Source of the DNA: an uncultured Gammaproteobacteria bacterium
Lineage (GTDB): Bacteria; Patescibacteriota; Patescibacteriia; UBA9934
NCBI GenBank assembly: GCA_964452565.1
Contig: CAYVLY010000003.1
Span: 22,555-86,554, forward strand
DNA: 64,000 nt
Direction: 5' to 3'
The notes under the pieces are model-generated. The model was not told where the DNA came from, ran no database searches, and saw only the letters and a list, made by a program, of their open reading frames with translations. Of this stretch, positions 1-9,873 are shown piece after piece. Numbering within the stretch: position 1 is the stretch's first letter; each line of letters opens with the position of its first letter. The position numbers were made by a program, and so were the translations under genes.

Positions 1-512
1 AGGGTGTAGATATATTAATCGAGTCATGCGCGCGCCTTACAGATGATGTCGACTGGAATTTGATCATCGTTGGGGATGGTAATCGTCGAGGGGTTTATGA
101 AGAGTTAGCGGAACAGAAACGTATTAAAAACAAAGTTCACTTTGCTGGTCGCCTGAGCCGTGCTGATCTACCGAGATATTATCAAGCAGCTGATGTGCAC
201 GTTTTACCCGCGGTCAATCAGTGTGAGGCATTTGGATTGGTTACACTTGAGGCTGCGGCATCAGGCTTGCCATCGATTGTCTCAAATCTGCCAGGTGTGC
301 GCACACTTGTGAAAGAGCGAGAGACTGGCTTGATCGTTCCTCCATCAGATATCGGCGCTCTAACACTTGCATTAACATTTATGTTGCAAAAAGATGATCT
401 TCGACAAAAGGCTGGTCAAGAAGCTAGGGTTCGGGCAGAACAAAGGTTTGCCCCAGGTGTTATCTATAAACAGTTGAAAGACGTATACAAAAGCGCTACA
501 GTAGGTCGGTGA
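1..512 (+). CDS. Glycosyltransferase family 4 (GT-B fold), C-terminal part; gene runs off the 5' window edge
   Basis: Frame is open from position 3 with no stop (…VDWNLIIVGDG…), continuing into ORF 60..512. C-terminal GT4 hallmarks are present (EAFGLVTLEAAASGLPSIVS). Confidence 0.8.
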   Translation, partial: GVDILIESCARLTDDVDWNLIIVGDGNRRGVYEELAEQKRIKNKVHFAGRLSRADLPRYYQAADVHVLPAVNQCEAFGLVTLEAAASGLPSIVSNLPGVRTLVKERETGLIVPPSDIGALTLALTFMLQKDDLRQKAGQEARVRAEQRFAPGVIYKQLKDVYKSATVGR

Positions 513-513
513 T

Positions 514-1722
514 ATGAAAATAGGCATTATTTCGAATTTGTACCCACCATATCAGCGCGGAGGCGCTGAGTATGTTGTTGTCCGCACTGTCGAGGCGCTA
601 CTTGATCGGTGGCAGGATGTTTTTGTTATCACAGGAAAGCCATTTGCCCAACGTGGCCCACTTGATAGAGATCGCAATGCTGTTGAGCGAGTGTATAGAT
701 TTTCACCGCGTAACATCTATTTCACAATTAATGATTATAAGTTTCCGTGGATTATTAGATTGTTTTGGCACATCATTGACACAGTTTGTTCGTTTGAAAA
801 AGCAAAGGTCGAAAAGGTGTTGCGTAGCGAACAGCCTAGCGTTGTGATGACCCACAACATCAAGGGTCTAGGGCTCCAAATCCCACGATCGCTACAAAAG
901 ATGAACATCCCACATATTCATATCATGCATGATCTGCAGTTGATTTACCCGTCTGGGCTTCTAATCTGGGGAAGAGAGCAGTTTTCATGGATGTTCAAGC
1001 CTGCGTATTCGGCTTATCGATTCTTTACGCGTCGCGCGATTGGTAAGCCAGATCTGGTGATTTTCCCATCAAAGTTTCTAATGGATAAGTATAAGGAGTT
1101 TAGATTTTTCAAAGACACTGAAATGATTGTGATGCCAAATCCCGCACCAGCATTTGACATTCATCCAAAGGACGAGCGACTTGAAGGTCCGCTTAGAATT
1201 TTGTTTGTTGGTCAACTTGAAAAGCACAAGGGGATCAAGCTTTTGATCGACGCATTTAAAAAGCTCAGATTTAAAGCTCTTCTAAACATTGCAGGAGAGG
1301 GAACTGAACGTAAGTATCTTGAGACTCAGGCAAAGGCAAATAAGCCGATTACTGATCTTGGATATGTTTCAGTTGAGCAACTAATCGATTGTTTGAAGTC
1401 GGCTGATGTTCTGGTGGTACCTTCACTTTGCTATGAGAATTCTCCAACTGTGATCTATGAGGCGCTTAGCGCAGGTATGCCTGTGATCGCAGCAGACATT
1501 GGGGGTGTCGGAGAGTTGGTTCAAGATGGGGTAAATGGTTATTTATTCAAACCTGGGGATGTTGATGATCTTGCACAGAAGTTGAGCCTTTTGAATAGTA
1601 AGAAAGAACAGTTTGGCCAGCGCGGAGCGCAGATTAAGACAACGATAGACGAGCATAGTTTGGATAACTATGCGAACAAGTTGATGGGGTTGCTGAATGG
1701 TGTGGTAAAAAAGAAGAAATAG
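514..1722 (+). CDS. Glycosyltransferase family 4
   Basis: 402-aa ORF with a GT4 C-terminal region (PSLCYENSPTVIYEALSAGMPVIAADIGG). It starts 2 nt after the upstream GT4 stop. Confidence 0.8.
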   Translation: MKIGIISNLYPPYQRGGAEYVVVRTVEALLDRWQDVFVITGKPFAQRGPLDRDRNAVERVYRFSPRNIYFTINDYKFPWIIRLFWHIIDTVCSFEKAKVEKVLRSEQPSVVMTHNIKGLGLQIPRSLQKMNIPHIHIMHDLQLIYPSGLLIWGREQFSWMFKPAYSAYRFFTRRAIGKPDLVIFPSKFLMDKYKEFRFFKDTEMIVMPNPAPAFDIHPKDERLEGPLRILFVGQLEKHKGIKLLIDAFKKLRFKALLNIAGEGTERKYLETQAKANKPITDLGYVSVEQLIDCLKSADVLVVPSLCYENSPTVIYEALSAGMPVIAADIGGVGELVQDGVNGYLFKPGDVDDLAQKLSLLNSKKEQFGQRGAQIKTTIDEHSLDNYANKLMGLLNGVVKKKK

Positions 1723-1741
1723 TGAAAGAACAGAAAGCTGG

Positions 1742-1770
1742 TTGACAAAGCTGGTTTCTTGTTTTACTTT
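1742..1770 (+). promoter_or_regulatory. Sigma70-like promoter TTGACA-17-TACTTT upstream of the GC-rich ORF
   Basis: TTGACA at 1742-1747, a 17-nt spacer, then TACTTT at 1765-1770. An AGGAGA RBS lies 6 nt before the ATG at 1828. Confidence 0.4.
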
Positions 1771-1827
1771 AGGGACTGTTGCAAAACACTGTACCTTTAG
1801 ATGCCCGAAAAGGGCAGGAGACAAGAC

Positions 1828-2985
1828 ATGCCTCTCGAAAGACTTCACGCGACTCTGATCATCACCGGCGCTCCCATGGACAAGGTCCCAGCCGACCTGA
1901 TGGCACCGGTGGTACGCAGCGGTGACGTACTCGCGCAGATCGGGGTCGGTGTATATGTCGACGTCAATGCCGCGCAGGGCGATCATGGCTCGGTGGTTAT
2001 GCATGGTGTGGGTGGAAGCAGAGTGACGTACAGAGACATCTTTGCGGCTCAGCGCGCAGACCGGCATATGCGTTCCTACTATGCGGGCGTGTATCAGCAG
2101 GTTCTGCTCGCCTGTATGATGTGCCGCAACGCGCTCCAGCAGACCTGGTTCGTGGAAAGTACAGATGCCGGGCGTATCAGGGAGTACACCGCACTTATCA
2201 CTTCAGCGATCGAGGAGCTGGAGGGCAGGAGGCAGGGTTTCCTTGAGTCGGCTCAGGAGATCCTGGAGTGTGCTGCAAGCCTTGACGATGTGCTCGGACG
2301 GTTCAATCCGTTCAGCCGCGCGGCTATGCTCTGCGCTATCATGCGTCGGCTGGAGGGCTATGCGAACTTCCGCTCCGAGATCATCGGTGAGGTGGGTCTG
2401 CGTGATCAGGCTCTCTACATGGAGCTTGAGCGCACCATGGCTATTCTTTACTGGGTGACCATGGAGCTGACCGAGATGTCACGGTGGTGGCGCGACAGTC
2501 GCTGGGTCAAGGACGACAACCATGCTCGACGGCTAGCCAAGCGCATGGGTGTGTGCGTTGAGATGCTCCAGCAGATCGTAGTCAAGCCTTTCCGGGCCTT
2601 GGCGTACAGAACCAGGCAGGACGTGGAGATGGTGGGTGGTTTGATCGAACACCCCTCTGCCCGCGACGCCGAGGCGGCCAACTTCCTGGACCGCGCCCTA
2701 CGCGCTTTGCAGCTGCCCCAGATGCATTGCCAGATCCACGAGATCATCGCGGCTGTGTCGCTGGCTGATCGTTGGGGTTCGCGTTTTGAGGAGCACGAGA
2801 TTGTGGCTGCCCTGCGCGTGCTGCGGCCTGTACATGACCAGCTCGGACGTCTTGATGACCGCGATTTCCAGACCAGGATCGTGGATCTGATGCACATGAA
2901 TCTCGGTTTGGCCATGACGGAATTCCAAGGTAGCTGCCGGCTCAAGCCGGTCAAGCGTTTGCTCCTCGATGCTGTCGCAAGCTAG
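1828..2985 (+). CDS. Hypothetical protein in GC-rich cassette G1 (ORF track start 1801; RBS-supported start 1828)
   Basis: Long ORF in a segment that is visibly about 60% GC against an about 40% backbone. Only shadow ORFs occur in other frames. It has its own promoter and a downstream 9-bp-stem hairpin. Confidence 0.55.
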   Translation: MPLERLHATLIITGAPMDKVPADLMAPVVRSGDVLAQIGVGVYVDVNAAQGDHGSVVMHGVGGSRVTYRDIFAAQRADRHMRSYYAGVYQQVLLACMMCRNALQQTWFVESTDAGRIREYTALITSAIEELEGRRQGFLESAQEILECAASLDDVLGRFNPFSRAAMLCAIMRRLEGYANFRSEIIGEVGLRDQALYMELERTMAILYWVTMELTEMSRWWRDSRWVKDDNHARRLAKRMGVCVEMLQQIVVKPFRALAYRTRQDVEMVGGLIEHPSARDAEAANFLDRALRALQLPQMHCQIHEIIAAVSLADRWGSRFEEHEIVAALRVLRPVHDQLGRLDDRDFQTRIVDLMHMNLGLAMTEFQGSCRLKPVKRLLLDAVAS

Positions 2986-3013
2986 GCCGCAACTCGACTT
3001 CTGATCGACAATA

Positions 3014-3035
3014 CCCCACGGGCACTCCCGTGGGG
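3014..3035 (+). terminator. Perfect 9-bp stem hairpin ccccacggg-cact-cccgtgggg downstream of G1
   Basis: Inverted repeat read directly from the sequence. It is followed at 3042-3060 by a weak stem and a T6 run. Confidence 0.5.
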
Positions 3036-3064
3036 TTCAAGCCATAAAAATAGGCTTTTTTGTT

Positions 3065-3078
3065 CAAGGTTGAACCTC
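3065..3078. repeat. Solo REP-like palindrome tcaaggttgaacct, a partial copy of the 18-bp RAYT-flanking repeat
   Basis: It matches 14 of 18 nt of the inverted repeats at 28715-28732 and 29436-29453. A second palindrome, gaggtttaacctc, follows immediately. Confidence 0.45.
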
Positions 3079-3100
3079 TGAGGTTTAACCTCCTAATTCT

Positions 3101-5209
3101 CTATTCTTTTTCAAATACAAACACTGTCACAGCTCCGTCGCCGAGGGCGAACCAGTCTATTGCTTCGTTTTTTGCGTGTTCGATTATTGTGTCAGATTCC
3201 CACCAGTACTCACTTACAACAAAGAATCCGAGTTCAACTCCAGCATAATCCATGGCTTGATTCATGACCTCAGCTGTTGGTTCCTCATCGGTCATTTCAA
3301 GGAAGTAGTTGTACATTGCACCACCAGTCGGAATTGGATAGTAGAAAATGTCACCGTGATAATAGTGAGCAAAGCCATATGCCTCAAGCGCTGCAGATGA
3401 TGTGGCCTGGTTTGCTAGAACAATGTAATCGACATTGTCTGCATATTCCTCGATCGCGTACACAGCGTCAAAGTCAGCCTGAGCAACATTGAATCCCGCA
3501 GAGCGCGCATAATTATCATGTCGCGGATAAGCGCCGTAGATCATTCCAGTTGATACGATTGTTGCGATAAGCACATAGGCGAGTCGGAGTGATGCTGGCT
3601 TTTCTTTGAGCCGTGCCCAGATTTCAGAAAGTGCAATGCTGACATATGGGATCAAAAAGATAATTGCCATTGTCAACAATCGGTCAGCATAGTTGGTTCG
3701 TTCGTATTCGATAAGGAATTCAAACTGCAGTGCTAACGTAAGTATCAAATAACTAACAAGCGATGCGATTGCAGCGTAGAGCCCAGAACAAAGTCCATGG
3801 GGCAGCTTTTCGATACGTGCAAAGATCACTCCAATGATTGCTAAGATCAATACAATCCAAAGGTGATTGTCGATTACTAGATATAGAAGATCGAACCAGG
3901 AGCTGAACTGGTTGTTTAAGAATCCCGTCAGATTCAGTTGGTCCCATGAGAGATTTGTTAGAGAGAATTGAATGTCAAGATTCGAAGCACGGGACTGCCA
4001 AACAAAGATGAGTGGTAACGCAAGCGCTCCAAGGATTGTTATGATCGAAGTCAGTGTCACTCGAATGGCTCTTGTTGCATTGATGCGGCTGATGAATACG
4101 AGTACAAAGTAGAATGCTGCAGGGATGCCCGCGAGAGGATGTGTTATTAAAATGGCTAGTGTCAGAATCGCCAGGAACCCGAGATATGGTTTAGATTCGA
4201 TCTTGTTCATCAAAAGCGGTAGCGATGTTAGTACGAGGCAGGCTGTGAGGATGTAAGCCAACGATTGGGGTGTTGTGCTTATGAAGGCTCCAAGCGGTAG
4301 TAGGAAGAGTGCTATAAGCATCATGCGCCAATTAGAGCCCAAAGTCCTAATCGCAGCCGCAGCGCTCAAGGGAATCAAGAATGCAGCAGCAAGAGGTACT
4401 AATAGACTGTCTATCAGCTTTATCGGAAGCGCAAAGATAAGTGCTCCAATCAACTCAAGTGCATATTGCCCAATGTAGTACATCGGTTTTGGTGTGATAG
4501 TTCCATGCTCTGCAATGTGTTCGATTGTTGCTCTGTGAATGAATGGGTCAAAGCCATAGCCGTTTGTGTAGATCAAAACTGCGATTGTGAGTGAGCTTGC
4601 GAAAAGCAAAATTAGAAGTGTAGTTGTGAGTTTTGAAACTGACCGACCTATCATGGTGATGAGCACGAGTGTGGCAATCGCTATAGCAATTAAAATCCGT
4701 GGATCAACAGCATCCCAAGGAGATCGAATCGCATCAATAACTTCGATTGGTAGAATATGCGACCACCAAGCTGCGAGTGCTAAGAGTACAATTATCGCCG
4801 CCGTAGCCGTACGTCCCCCTTCCCACCCTTCGAATTCCTCAGGGTGCCCTGAGCCTGTCGAATGGGCAGGGGGACAACAGGGGGTTGCCGTTGTTTTTTT
4901 TGATGCTATCGAAGATATGGCAAGCACTGCGACAAGCAGAAGGCTCAAGCTAAGGGTTGTAACAGATCCAAAGTAGTAGATTGCACTGCCGCCCAGCATC
5001 AATAATGAAAGCCCACAGAGAAGTCCGATGATGAAAGTTTCCAGCATTGATCGATCATTTGCGAAGCGTGACCCAAGCAACATTGATAAGCTCCACAGGA
5101 ATCCCAAAGCCGCTAAGGCGCCAAGCACAGGATTCACAATTGTCACAAGATTTACCCATGCAATAAGCAGGAAAGTCATTCCAAAAAGGGTATGGCGAAT
5201 GTTTGTCAT
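3101..5209 (-). CDS. Large polytopic membrane protein (about 14 TM helices plus a C-terminal soluble domain); possibly a GT-C-type glycosyltransferase or glycan polymerase
   Basis: 702-aa ORF that is strongly hydrophobic through the N-terminal two thirds. It sits in a glycan-biosynthesis neighbourhood. The start is ambiguous between 5209 and the internal Met at 5179. Confidence 0.65.
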   Translation of the reverse strand: MTNIRHTLFGMTFLLIAWVNLVTIVNPVLGALAALGFLWSLSMLLGSRFANDRSMLETFIIGLLCGLSLLMLGGSAIYYFGSVTTLSLSLLLVAVLAISSIASKKTTATPCCPPAHSTGSGHPEEFEGWEGGRTATAAIIVLLALAAWWSHILPIEVIDAIRSPWDAVDPRILIAIAIATLVLITMIGRSVSKLTTTLLILLFASSLTIAVLIYTNGYGFDPFIHRATIEHIAEHGTITPKPMYYIGQYALELIGALIFALPIKLIDSLLVPLAAAFLIPLSAAAAIRTLGSNWRMMLIALFLLPLGAFISTTPQSLAYILTACLVLTSLPLLMNKIESKPYLGFLAILTLAILITHPLAGIPAAFYFVLVFISRINATRAIRVTLTSIITILGALALPLIFVWQSRASNLDIQFSLTNLSWDQLNLTGFLNNQFSSWFDLLYLVIDNHLWIVLILAIIGVIFARIEKLPHGLCSGLYAAIASLVSYLILTLALQFEFLIEYERTNYADRLLTMAIIFLIPYVSIALSEIWARLKEKPASLRLAYVLIATIVSTGMIYGAYPRHDNYARSAGFNVAQADFDAVYAIEEYADNVDYIVLANQATSSAALEAYGFAHYYHGDIFYYPIPTGGAMYNYFLEMTDEEPTAEVMNQAMDYAGVELGFFVVSEYWWESDTIIEHAKNEAIDWFALGDGAVTVFVFEKE

Positions 5210-5270
5210 ATACGATATGATTATAACATCTATGCGTGATCCGTATCAGCTCTACCCGCATGACTATCTA

Positions 5271-5801
5271 ATGAAGCCGATTATTGACATGATTCCGGAG
5301 TTTTTGCGTCCGAATCATTTTACTATCGCGCGCATGGTGCTAACGCCAGTTGTTCTGGCTTTATTGTTTTTCGAGGTCTATGATTATGGAGTGCCACTTT
5401 TCATCATCGTAACCTTCACTGATGCTATTGATGGGTCATTGGCACGATGGCGCAGGCAGATAACAAAGTGGGGAACTTTTTATGATCCAGTAGCAGATAA
5501 ACTTTTGATTGGTTCAGTCATCTTACTTATCCTTTTGCAGCACGTAAACCCACTTCTGGGTTACATAATAATAATGCTTGAGGCATTGATGATGATAGGC
5601 GGATGGTATAAGAGACGTAAAGGAGAAAAGTGCCAGGCAAATGTGTGGGGTAAGATCAAGATGCTTTTGCAGGTATCTGGTGTGGTGTTTTTGCTTTTAG
5701 CACTTTGGCTTGGGGTAGATATGTTTGTTCCTATATCAAATGGAACATTAATTTTAGCTGTCTTGTTTGCGGTTGTAGCGCTCTTAACATACAGTTTGTG
5801 A
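5271..5801 (+). CDS. CDP-alcohol phosphatidyltransferase (PgsA-like)
   Basis: The DAIDGSLARWRRQITKWGTFYDPVADK motif (D-G-x2-A-R…G-x3-D-x3-D) is present. The ORF track start at 5028 overlaps the divergent gene, and the internal Met at 5271 fits the family N-terminus. Confidence 0.7.
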   Translation: MKPIIDMIPEFLRPNHFTIARMVLTPVVLALLFFEVYDYGVPLFIIVTFTDAIDGSLARWRRQITKWGTFYDPVADKLLIGSVILLILLQHVNPLLGYIIIMLEALMMIGGWYKRRKGEKCQANVWGKIKMLLQVSGVVFLLLALWLGVDMFVPISNGTLILAVLFAVVALLTYSL

Positions 5802-5802
5802 T

Positions 5803-7416
5803 ATGAAACAAATGAGCATAATCAGGAGCGTTGCTTTAATCCTCTTTTTTTTCTCTGTTGTATTTTTTGCATATTCACCATCAGAGATGATTTTCAACTC
5901 ACCAGATGAAAATGCTAATGCTGTTTTTGCGCTTGAGTTTGCAGATGACTCAATGTTTGCGATCCCATCAAGCTTTGATCAGGCCTGGAATGTTTTAGTG
6001 CATCCCCGCAGTACATTAGTGGTGTCCGATCGAATAGTGCCGGTGAGCTTCACAGGACTGTCAGTAGTTGCAGGACTAGTTGCGTCAGTCTTTGGTTGTT
6101 GGTCAATCATGCTTGTCACCCCGATTCTGGCTATTCTTGCGATTATTGCATGGCGCCAAAGCATTTATCAAATATTTAATAATGGTCGGCTTGCAGACCT
6201 TGCGGCGCTCTTTTTGATGATTCATCCCGCGTTCTGGCACTACACTGGCAGGACGATGATGCATAATGTCGGCTTTGTAGCGCTACTAGTCATCGCCTTT
6301 TATTTCTTTGTAAATCAACCGTTAAGATCTTATTGGAAAAATAGTTGGTACCTAGACGAGATTCTAGCAGGTATTGGGGTCGGCCTGGCGCTTGCATTTC
6401 GATCATCAGAGGTGATTTGGGTAGTTGCGATTATCGCAGCTCTATTGATTTGGAGGCGTGCTTCTATTGGGTGGCAGCGTATTCTGGTATTCGTTGTTTC
6501 GATCGCCATTATGCTTTTGCCGTTTTTGGCTCTAAACAATGCGTTGTACGGAGCCCCGTGGCTAACTGGATATACCGTGGAGTCTGTATCCCCTTTTTCC
6601 GAGGGCGGAATAGGGGTTGCTGCTATCGATCAGACTGAAGAATCTCTTCCTGGAATCCTTGGAATCCTATTTCCATTTGGAATTCATGAGATGAACATGC
6701 TGCGCAATGTTTTGGACTATGGGTTCTTTTTGTATCCATGGATGAGCGGACTTTCGATATTAGGAATAATTTTTGTGTTCAAAAGAAAGGAGTGGAGACT
6801 GTGGCTTATAGTGACAATCGGACTCTCGATTTGGATGGCACTGGTCTACGGGAGTTGGAAGTTTTCAGACAATCCGGATGCTTCAATCCTTACAGTCGGA
6901 AATTCGTATGCACGTTATTGGTTGCCATTGTTTGTGCTTGCATCGATTTTTGCAGCAGCAGCAGTTGATAGGGTAACTACCTGGATTGAAAAGCGTAAAC
7001 TGCCATTTGCATCAGGTGTGCCGTGGGCTATCGCTGTTATCACAATCTTGTTTTCTACAAGACTGGTGGTGTGGGGAGCTGACGGCTTCATTCAGACTAA
7101 TCAAAATATTGAATCATTTATTGAAAAGAAAGATATTGTGCTTGAGCACACTTCAGAAGACTCAATCATAATAGTAGACATGGCAGATAAGTATTTATTT
7201 CCAGATCGTAGCGTTGTAACACCACTTCGTGATGATGTGGTCTACGCGTTGATCCCAGAAATGATCGAAGCAACAGACCTACTTTACTTTGGTATAACAC
7301 TGCCAAATGAGGATATTCAATATCTTGAAAATGTGATTTTTGAGAACGTTGATATTACAGTGGAAGAGGTTATTACTGTCGAGGACGAGACACTGTATCG
7401 ATTTATAAAGCACTAA
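5803..7416 (+). CDS. Polytopic membrane glycosyltransferase, GT-C fold (PMT/ArnT-like, GT39/GT83)
   Basis: 537 aa with many TM helices and an early periplasmic-loop acidic DE motif (NSPDENANAVFALEF). Its start codon overlaps the upstream stop (TGATATG). Confidence 0.55.
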   Translation: MKQMSIIRSVALILFFFSVVFFAYSPSEMIFNSPDENANAVFALEFADDSMFAIPSSFDQAWNVLVHPRSTLVVSDRIVPVSFTGLSVVAGLVASVFGCWSIMLVTPILAILAIIAWRQSIYQIFNNGRLADLAALFLMIHPAFWHYTGRTMMHNVGFVALLVIAFYFFVNQPLRSYWKNSWYLDEILAGIGVGLALAFRSSEVIWVVAIIAALLIWRRASIGWQRILVFVVSIAIMLLPFLALNNALYGAPWLTGYTVESVSPFSEGGIGVAAIDQTEESLPGILGILFPFGIHEMNMLRNVLDYGFFLYPWMSGLSILGIIFVFKRKEWRLWLIVTIGLSIWMALVYGSWKFSDNPDASILTVGNSYARYWLPLFVLASIFAAAAVDRVTTWIEKRKLPFASGVPWAIAVITILFSTRLVVWGADGFIQTNQNIESFIEKKDIVLEHTSEDSIIIVDMADKYLFPDRSVVTPLRDDVVYALIPEMIEATDLLYFGITLPNEDIQYLENVIFENVDITVEEVITVEDETLYRFIKH

Positions 7417-7417
7417 C

Positions 7418-8881
7418 ATGTCAAAGCGCATCATCCAAATTCTAATAATTCTAATACCGGTTGTGATTTTTATCTGGTTACTTTGGATTGATCTGTGCCC
7501 CTCTGGCGTAAAGGAGGTATCAATCGAAGTGGGTGAATCAAGTCCTTACATCTACAGCATACTGCCAGATGAACGAGTATCAGATATTGAGTTTACTGAT
7601 GCGGGTGATGTATTTGTCACGATTGAAGATGAGCCAACATACTTTAGTGTGACATTACCGCAAACAGATTTTGATGAGATAGAGGTGGAACTTGAGTTTG
7701 ATTCATACTTACAGCCTGTGATCGAAGTTGGAGGCTTGGCAGACATCTACTCGGAGAGTTATGACTTAGAGCCGCTTCTAAATACTGAGCTTGATCAGCT
7801 GACATGGTCAGAGATTTCAGATGACGGGGTCAGACTCCTACAACGTGAATACAATTTTGATTCAATACCCGAGTTTTTTGTGAACATGCCTGATCGTGAT
7901 TCAATTGGTGTTTATCACTATGACCTTAAAGAGCCATATCGAATATCTAACTATCGGGCCTCAAGCTCCGAGCAGACGGTCAATGTCTCGTTACGCGGAT
8001 ATCATAAATATCTGACCTATATCAAAGACGAGGATTTTTACCTCGAAGTTGATTATATGGACATGAACCGCACTACTGGCGTAGATGATGCGGTGATTCG
8101 TATTCGAAACGAGCTAGATGAGGTCATGTTCGAATACTTTATCTATGATGATGGAAATGAGTTGGAGAATCAGATTGATTCAGAAGGAACCGCTATCATC
8201 GATCAGTCTAACTGGCCCGAAGGTGTATATTCGATCGAATTATCTGGAACAAGTGATGTGTTCTGGCGGTCGTTAACAACAAGACAGCAGTACATGACGT
8301 TTGTTGGCAAGGTCTATATTGCAGATGATGTTGGGTATCTTGCATCTCCACGTGCAACAAGTTTTTACACAGATGCAAAGCATCTGACACTTGAAACAAC
8401 GCATGCAGATTCGGTTCAAAGCGTACGTATCGGATCCGAATGGGTTGGAGTGTCGGAAAGTCATACAAAGTATAAGTACACAGTTGATGATACTGGTTTA
8501 GTGTATGGATACTCGTCAGTTGGCGACATAAAGATCACTGGAGATGGGAAGTTTGCCTTCACAGGCAGCATGTTTTTCAATCCTGACGCTGTATCACTAA
8601 ATGCCTATTCAGATATCAACGCCTTAGGAATTGACTACATTCTTACAACGTATGATCAGCCTGATCAAAGCGAGGATTGGAGTACTGCCTCGGCAACATT
8701 TGAGATTGGATCACTTGAGAATTTCGATAACTCTACGAAGTTCACGATCTCAACACCTGGTTTGATCGAATTCGGTGCAGCTGTTGATATACACTCGATT
8801 GCGGTTCGATTCTTGAAAGACCCAATGACCTGGCGCGAGATCCTATCGGCAGTTCGAAATCTAATACCATTTGGGATTTAG
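7418..8881 (+). CDS. Hypothetical exported or membrane-anchored protein (single N-terminal TM, large acidic ectodomain)
   Basis: 487-aa ORF with the N-terminal hydrophobic helix IILIPVVIFIWLLW. It is tightly coupled to the upstream GT-C gene. Confidence 0.6.
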   Translation: MSKRIIQILIILIPVVIFIWLLWIDLCPSGVKEVSIEVGESSPYIYSILPDERVSDIEFTDAGDVFVTIEDEPTYFSVTLPQTDFDEIEVELEFDSYLQPVIEVGGLADIYSESYDLEPLLNTELDQLTWSEISDDGVRLLQREYNFDSIPEFFVNMPDRDSIGVYHYDLKEPYRISNYRASSSEQTVNVSLRGYHKYLTYIKDEDFYLEVDYMDMNRTTGVDDAVIRIRNELDEVMFEYFIYDDGNELENQIDSEGTAIIDQSNWPEGVYSIELSGTSDVFWRSLTTRQQYMTFVGKVYIADDVGYLASPRATSFYTDAKHLTLETTHADSVQSVRIGSEWVGVSESHTKYKYTVDDTGLVYGYSSVGDIKITGDGKFAFTGSMFFNPDAVSLNAYSDINALGIDYILTTYDQPDQSEDWSTASATFEIGSLENFDNSTKFTISTPGLIEFGAAVDIHSIAVRFLKDPMTWREILSAVRNLIPFGI

Positions 8882-8882
8882 T

Positions 8883-9527
8883 ATGAGAAAACTATTTTTA
8901 ACATCAAGCTCAGATTTACTTTATGATCATTTGCAGGGTTTTCTCGAAAAGCCTGTAGATGAAGTTAAAATTGCTTGGATAACAACAGCAAAGAAAGGAT
9001 CGCCAAACAAGGAATATGTGGAAAAACATCGTAAGAAGATGAATCAGTTAGGGTGGAAGTTCACGGAGATCGATATCGAGGGAAAAACAGAAGAAGAGCT
9101 AAGAGAGTTGCTTGAAGACAAGGATATTATATACATGCACGGAGGTAATACTTTTTATCTCCTTAGGGCGATCAAGGCTGGAATATTTGAGAAGGTATTA
9201 GCAGAAAAGCTAGATCAGGGAGCGTTATATGTTGGTACAAGTGCAGGTACTTACGTGGCCTGCCCAACAATCGAAATGGCTGAATGGAAGCGCGATAGAA
9301 GATATTTTAGATTTGAAGATCAGGACTTAATTGCGATGGGTTTGGTGTCTTTTCTTGTAATGGTTCATTTCGAACCAAAGCATGAAGAAGACATCAGAGT
9401 AGGGATGAGTAAAACTGACTTAGATGTTTATGTATTAAGTGATGAGCAGGGTTTATATGTTGAGGATGGTGAAGTTCGATTGGTCGGGAAAGGTGATAGA
9501 ATTCAGTTAGATAAATATGCAAAGTAG
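8883..9527 (+). CDS. Peptidase S51 (dipeptidase E / cyanophycinase-like)
   Basis: HGGNTFYLL and GTSAG motifs of the S51 family. The Met at 8883 follows the upstream stop. Confidence 0.7.
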   Translation: MRKLFLTSSSDLLYDHLQGFLEKPVDEVKIAWITTAKKGSPNKEYVEKHRKKMNQLGWKFTEIDIEGKTEEELRELLEDKDIIYMHGGNTFYLLRAIKAGIFEKVLAEKLDQGALYVGTSAGTYVACPTIEMAEWKRDRRYFRFEDQDLIAMGLVSFLVMVHFEPKHEEDIRVGMSKTDLDVYVLSDEQGLYVEDGEVRLVGKGDRIQLDKYAK

Positions 9528-9855
9528 CATTGCGAAAACTGCGTTTTTGACGAGCCTTATTAGTTACGGTGTGTTTTTGTTGTTTGAATACTTGCGGCCG
9601 GGGTTTGTACAATACGTGTTTTCAGTGCATTGGTTCCTGGTTTTGATCATCGGAACAGGAATTTGGTATGCGGTTGTGGCTCAAGACCATGCACGTCGAA
9701 ATACTTTGTGGCGCTTGGCCCAGTTGATCATCGGATTGCTGCTAATGGTCGTTCTGCTGCGGGAAGGTGAAGTGTTTGGTGATTTTCGAATCTTGGTGGC
9801 TGTCATTGGGCTTGCTTTGCCGTTTGCAGTTGCGCGTCTGCTCAGATCGAATTAA
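9517..9855 (+). CDS. Small hypothetical membrane protein
   Basis: 112-aa ORF with 3-4 predicted TM helices. It overlaps the upstream gene by 11 nt. Confidence 0.45.
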   Translation: MQSSIAKTAFLTSLISYGVFLLFEYLRPGFVQYVFSVHWFLVLIIGTGIWYAVVAQDHARRNTLWRLAQLIIGLLLMVVLLREGEVFGDFRILVAVIGLALPFAVARLLRSN

Positions 9856-9873
9856 TATTTAAGACCCATAATT

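Noticed and set aside
572-2954. Internal or antisense ORFs 572-847, 1543-2067, 2165-2458, 2448-2954 and 2698-2928
   Set aside because: They lie fully inside longer, family-recognisable (GT4) or cassette ORFs and have no independent signals.
5028-5270. Upstream extension of the CDP-alcohol phosphatidyltransferase ORF
   Set aside because: It would overlap the divergent 702-aa gene by about 180 nt. The family N-terminus (…NHFTIARMVL…) is satisfied from the Met at 5271.
3101-7416. O-antigen ligase/Wzy or oligosaccharyltransferase assignment for the two large polytopic proteins
   Set aside because: Only topology and a DE loop motif are visible by eye. That is insufficient to go beyond a generic GT-C-like or glycan-polymerase-like call.
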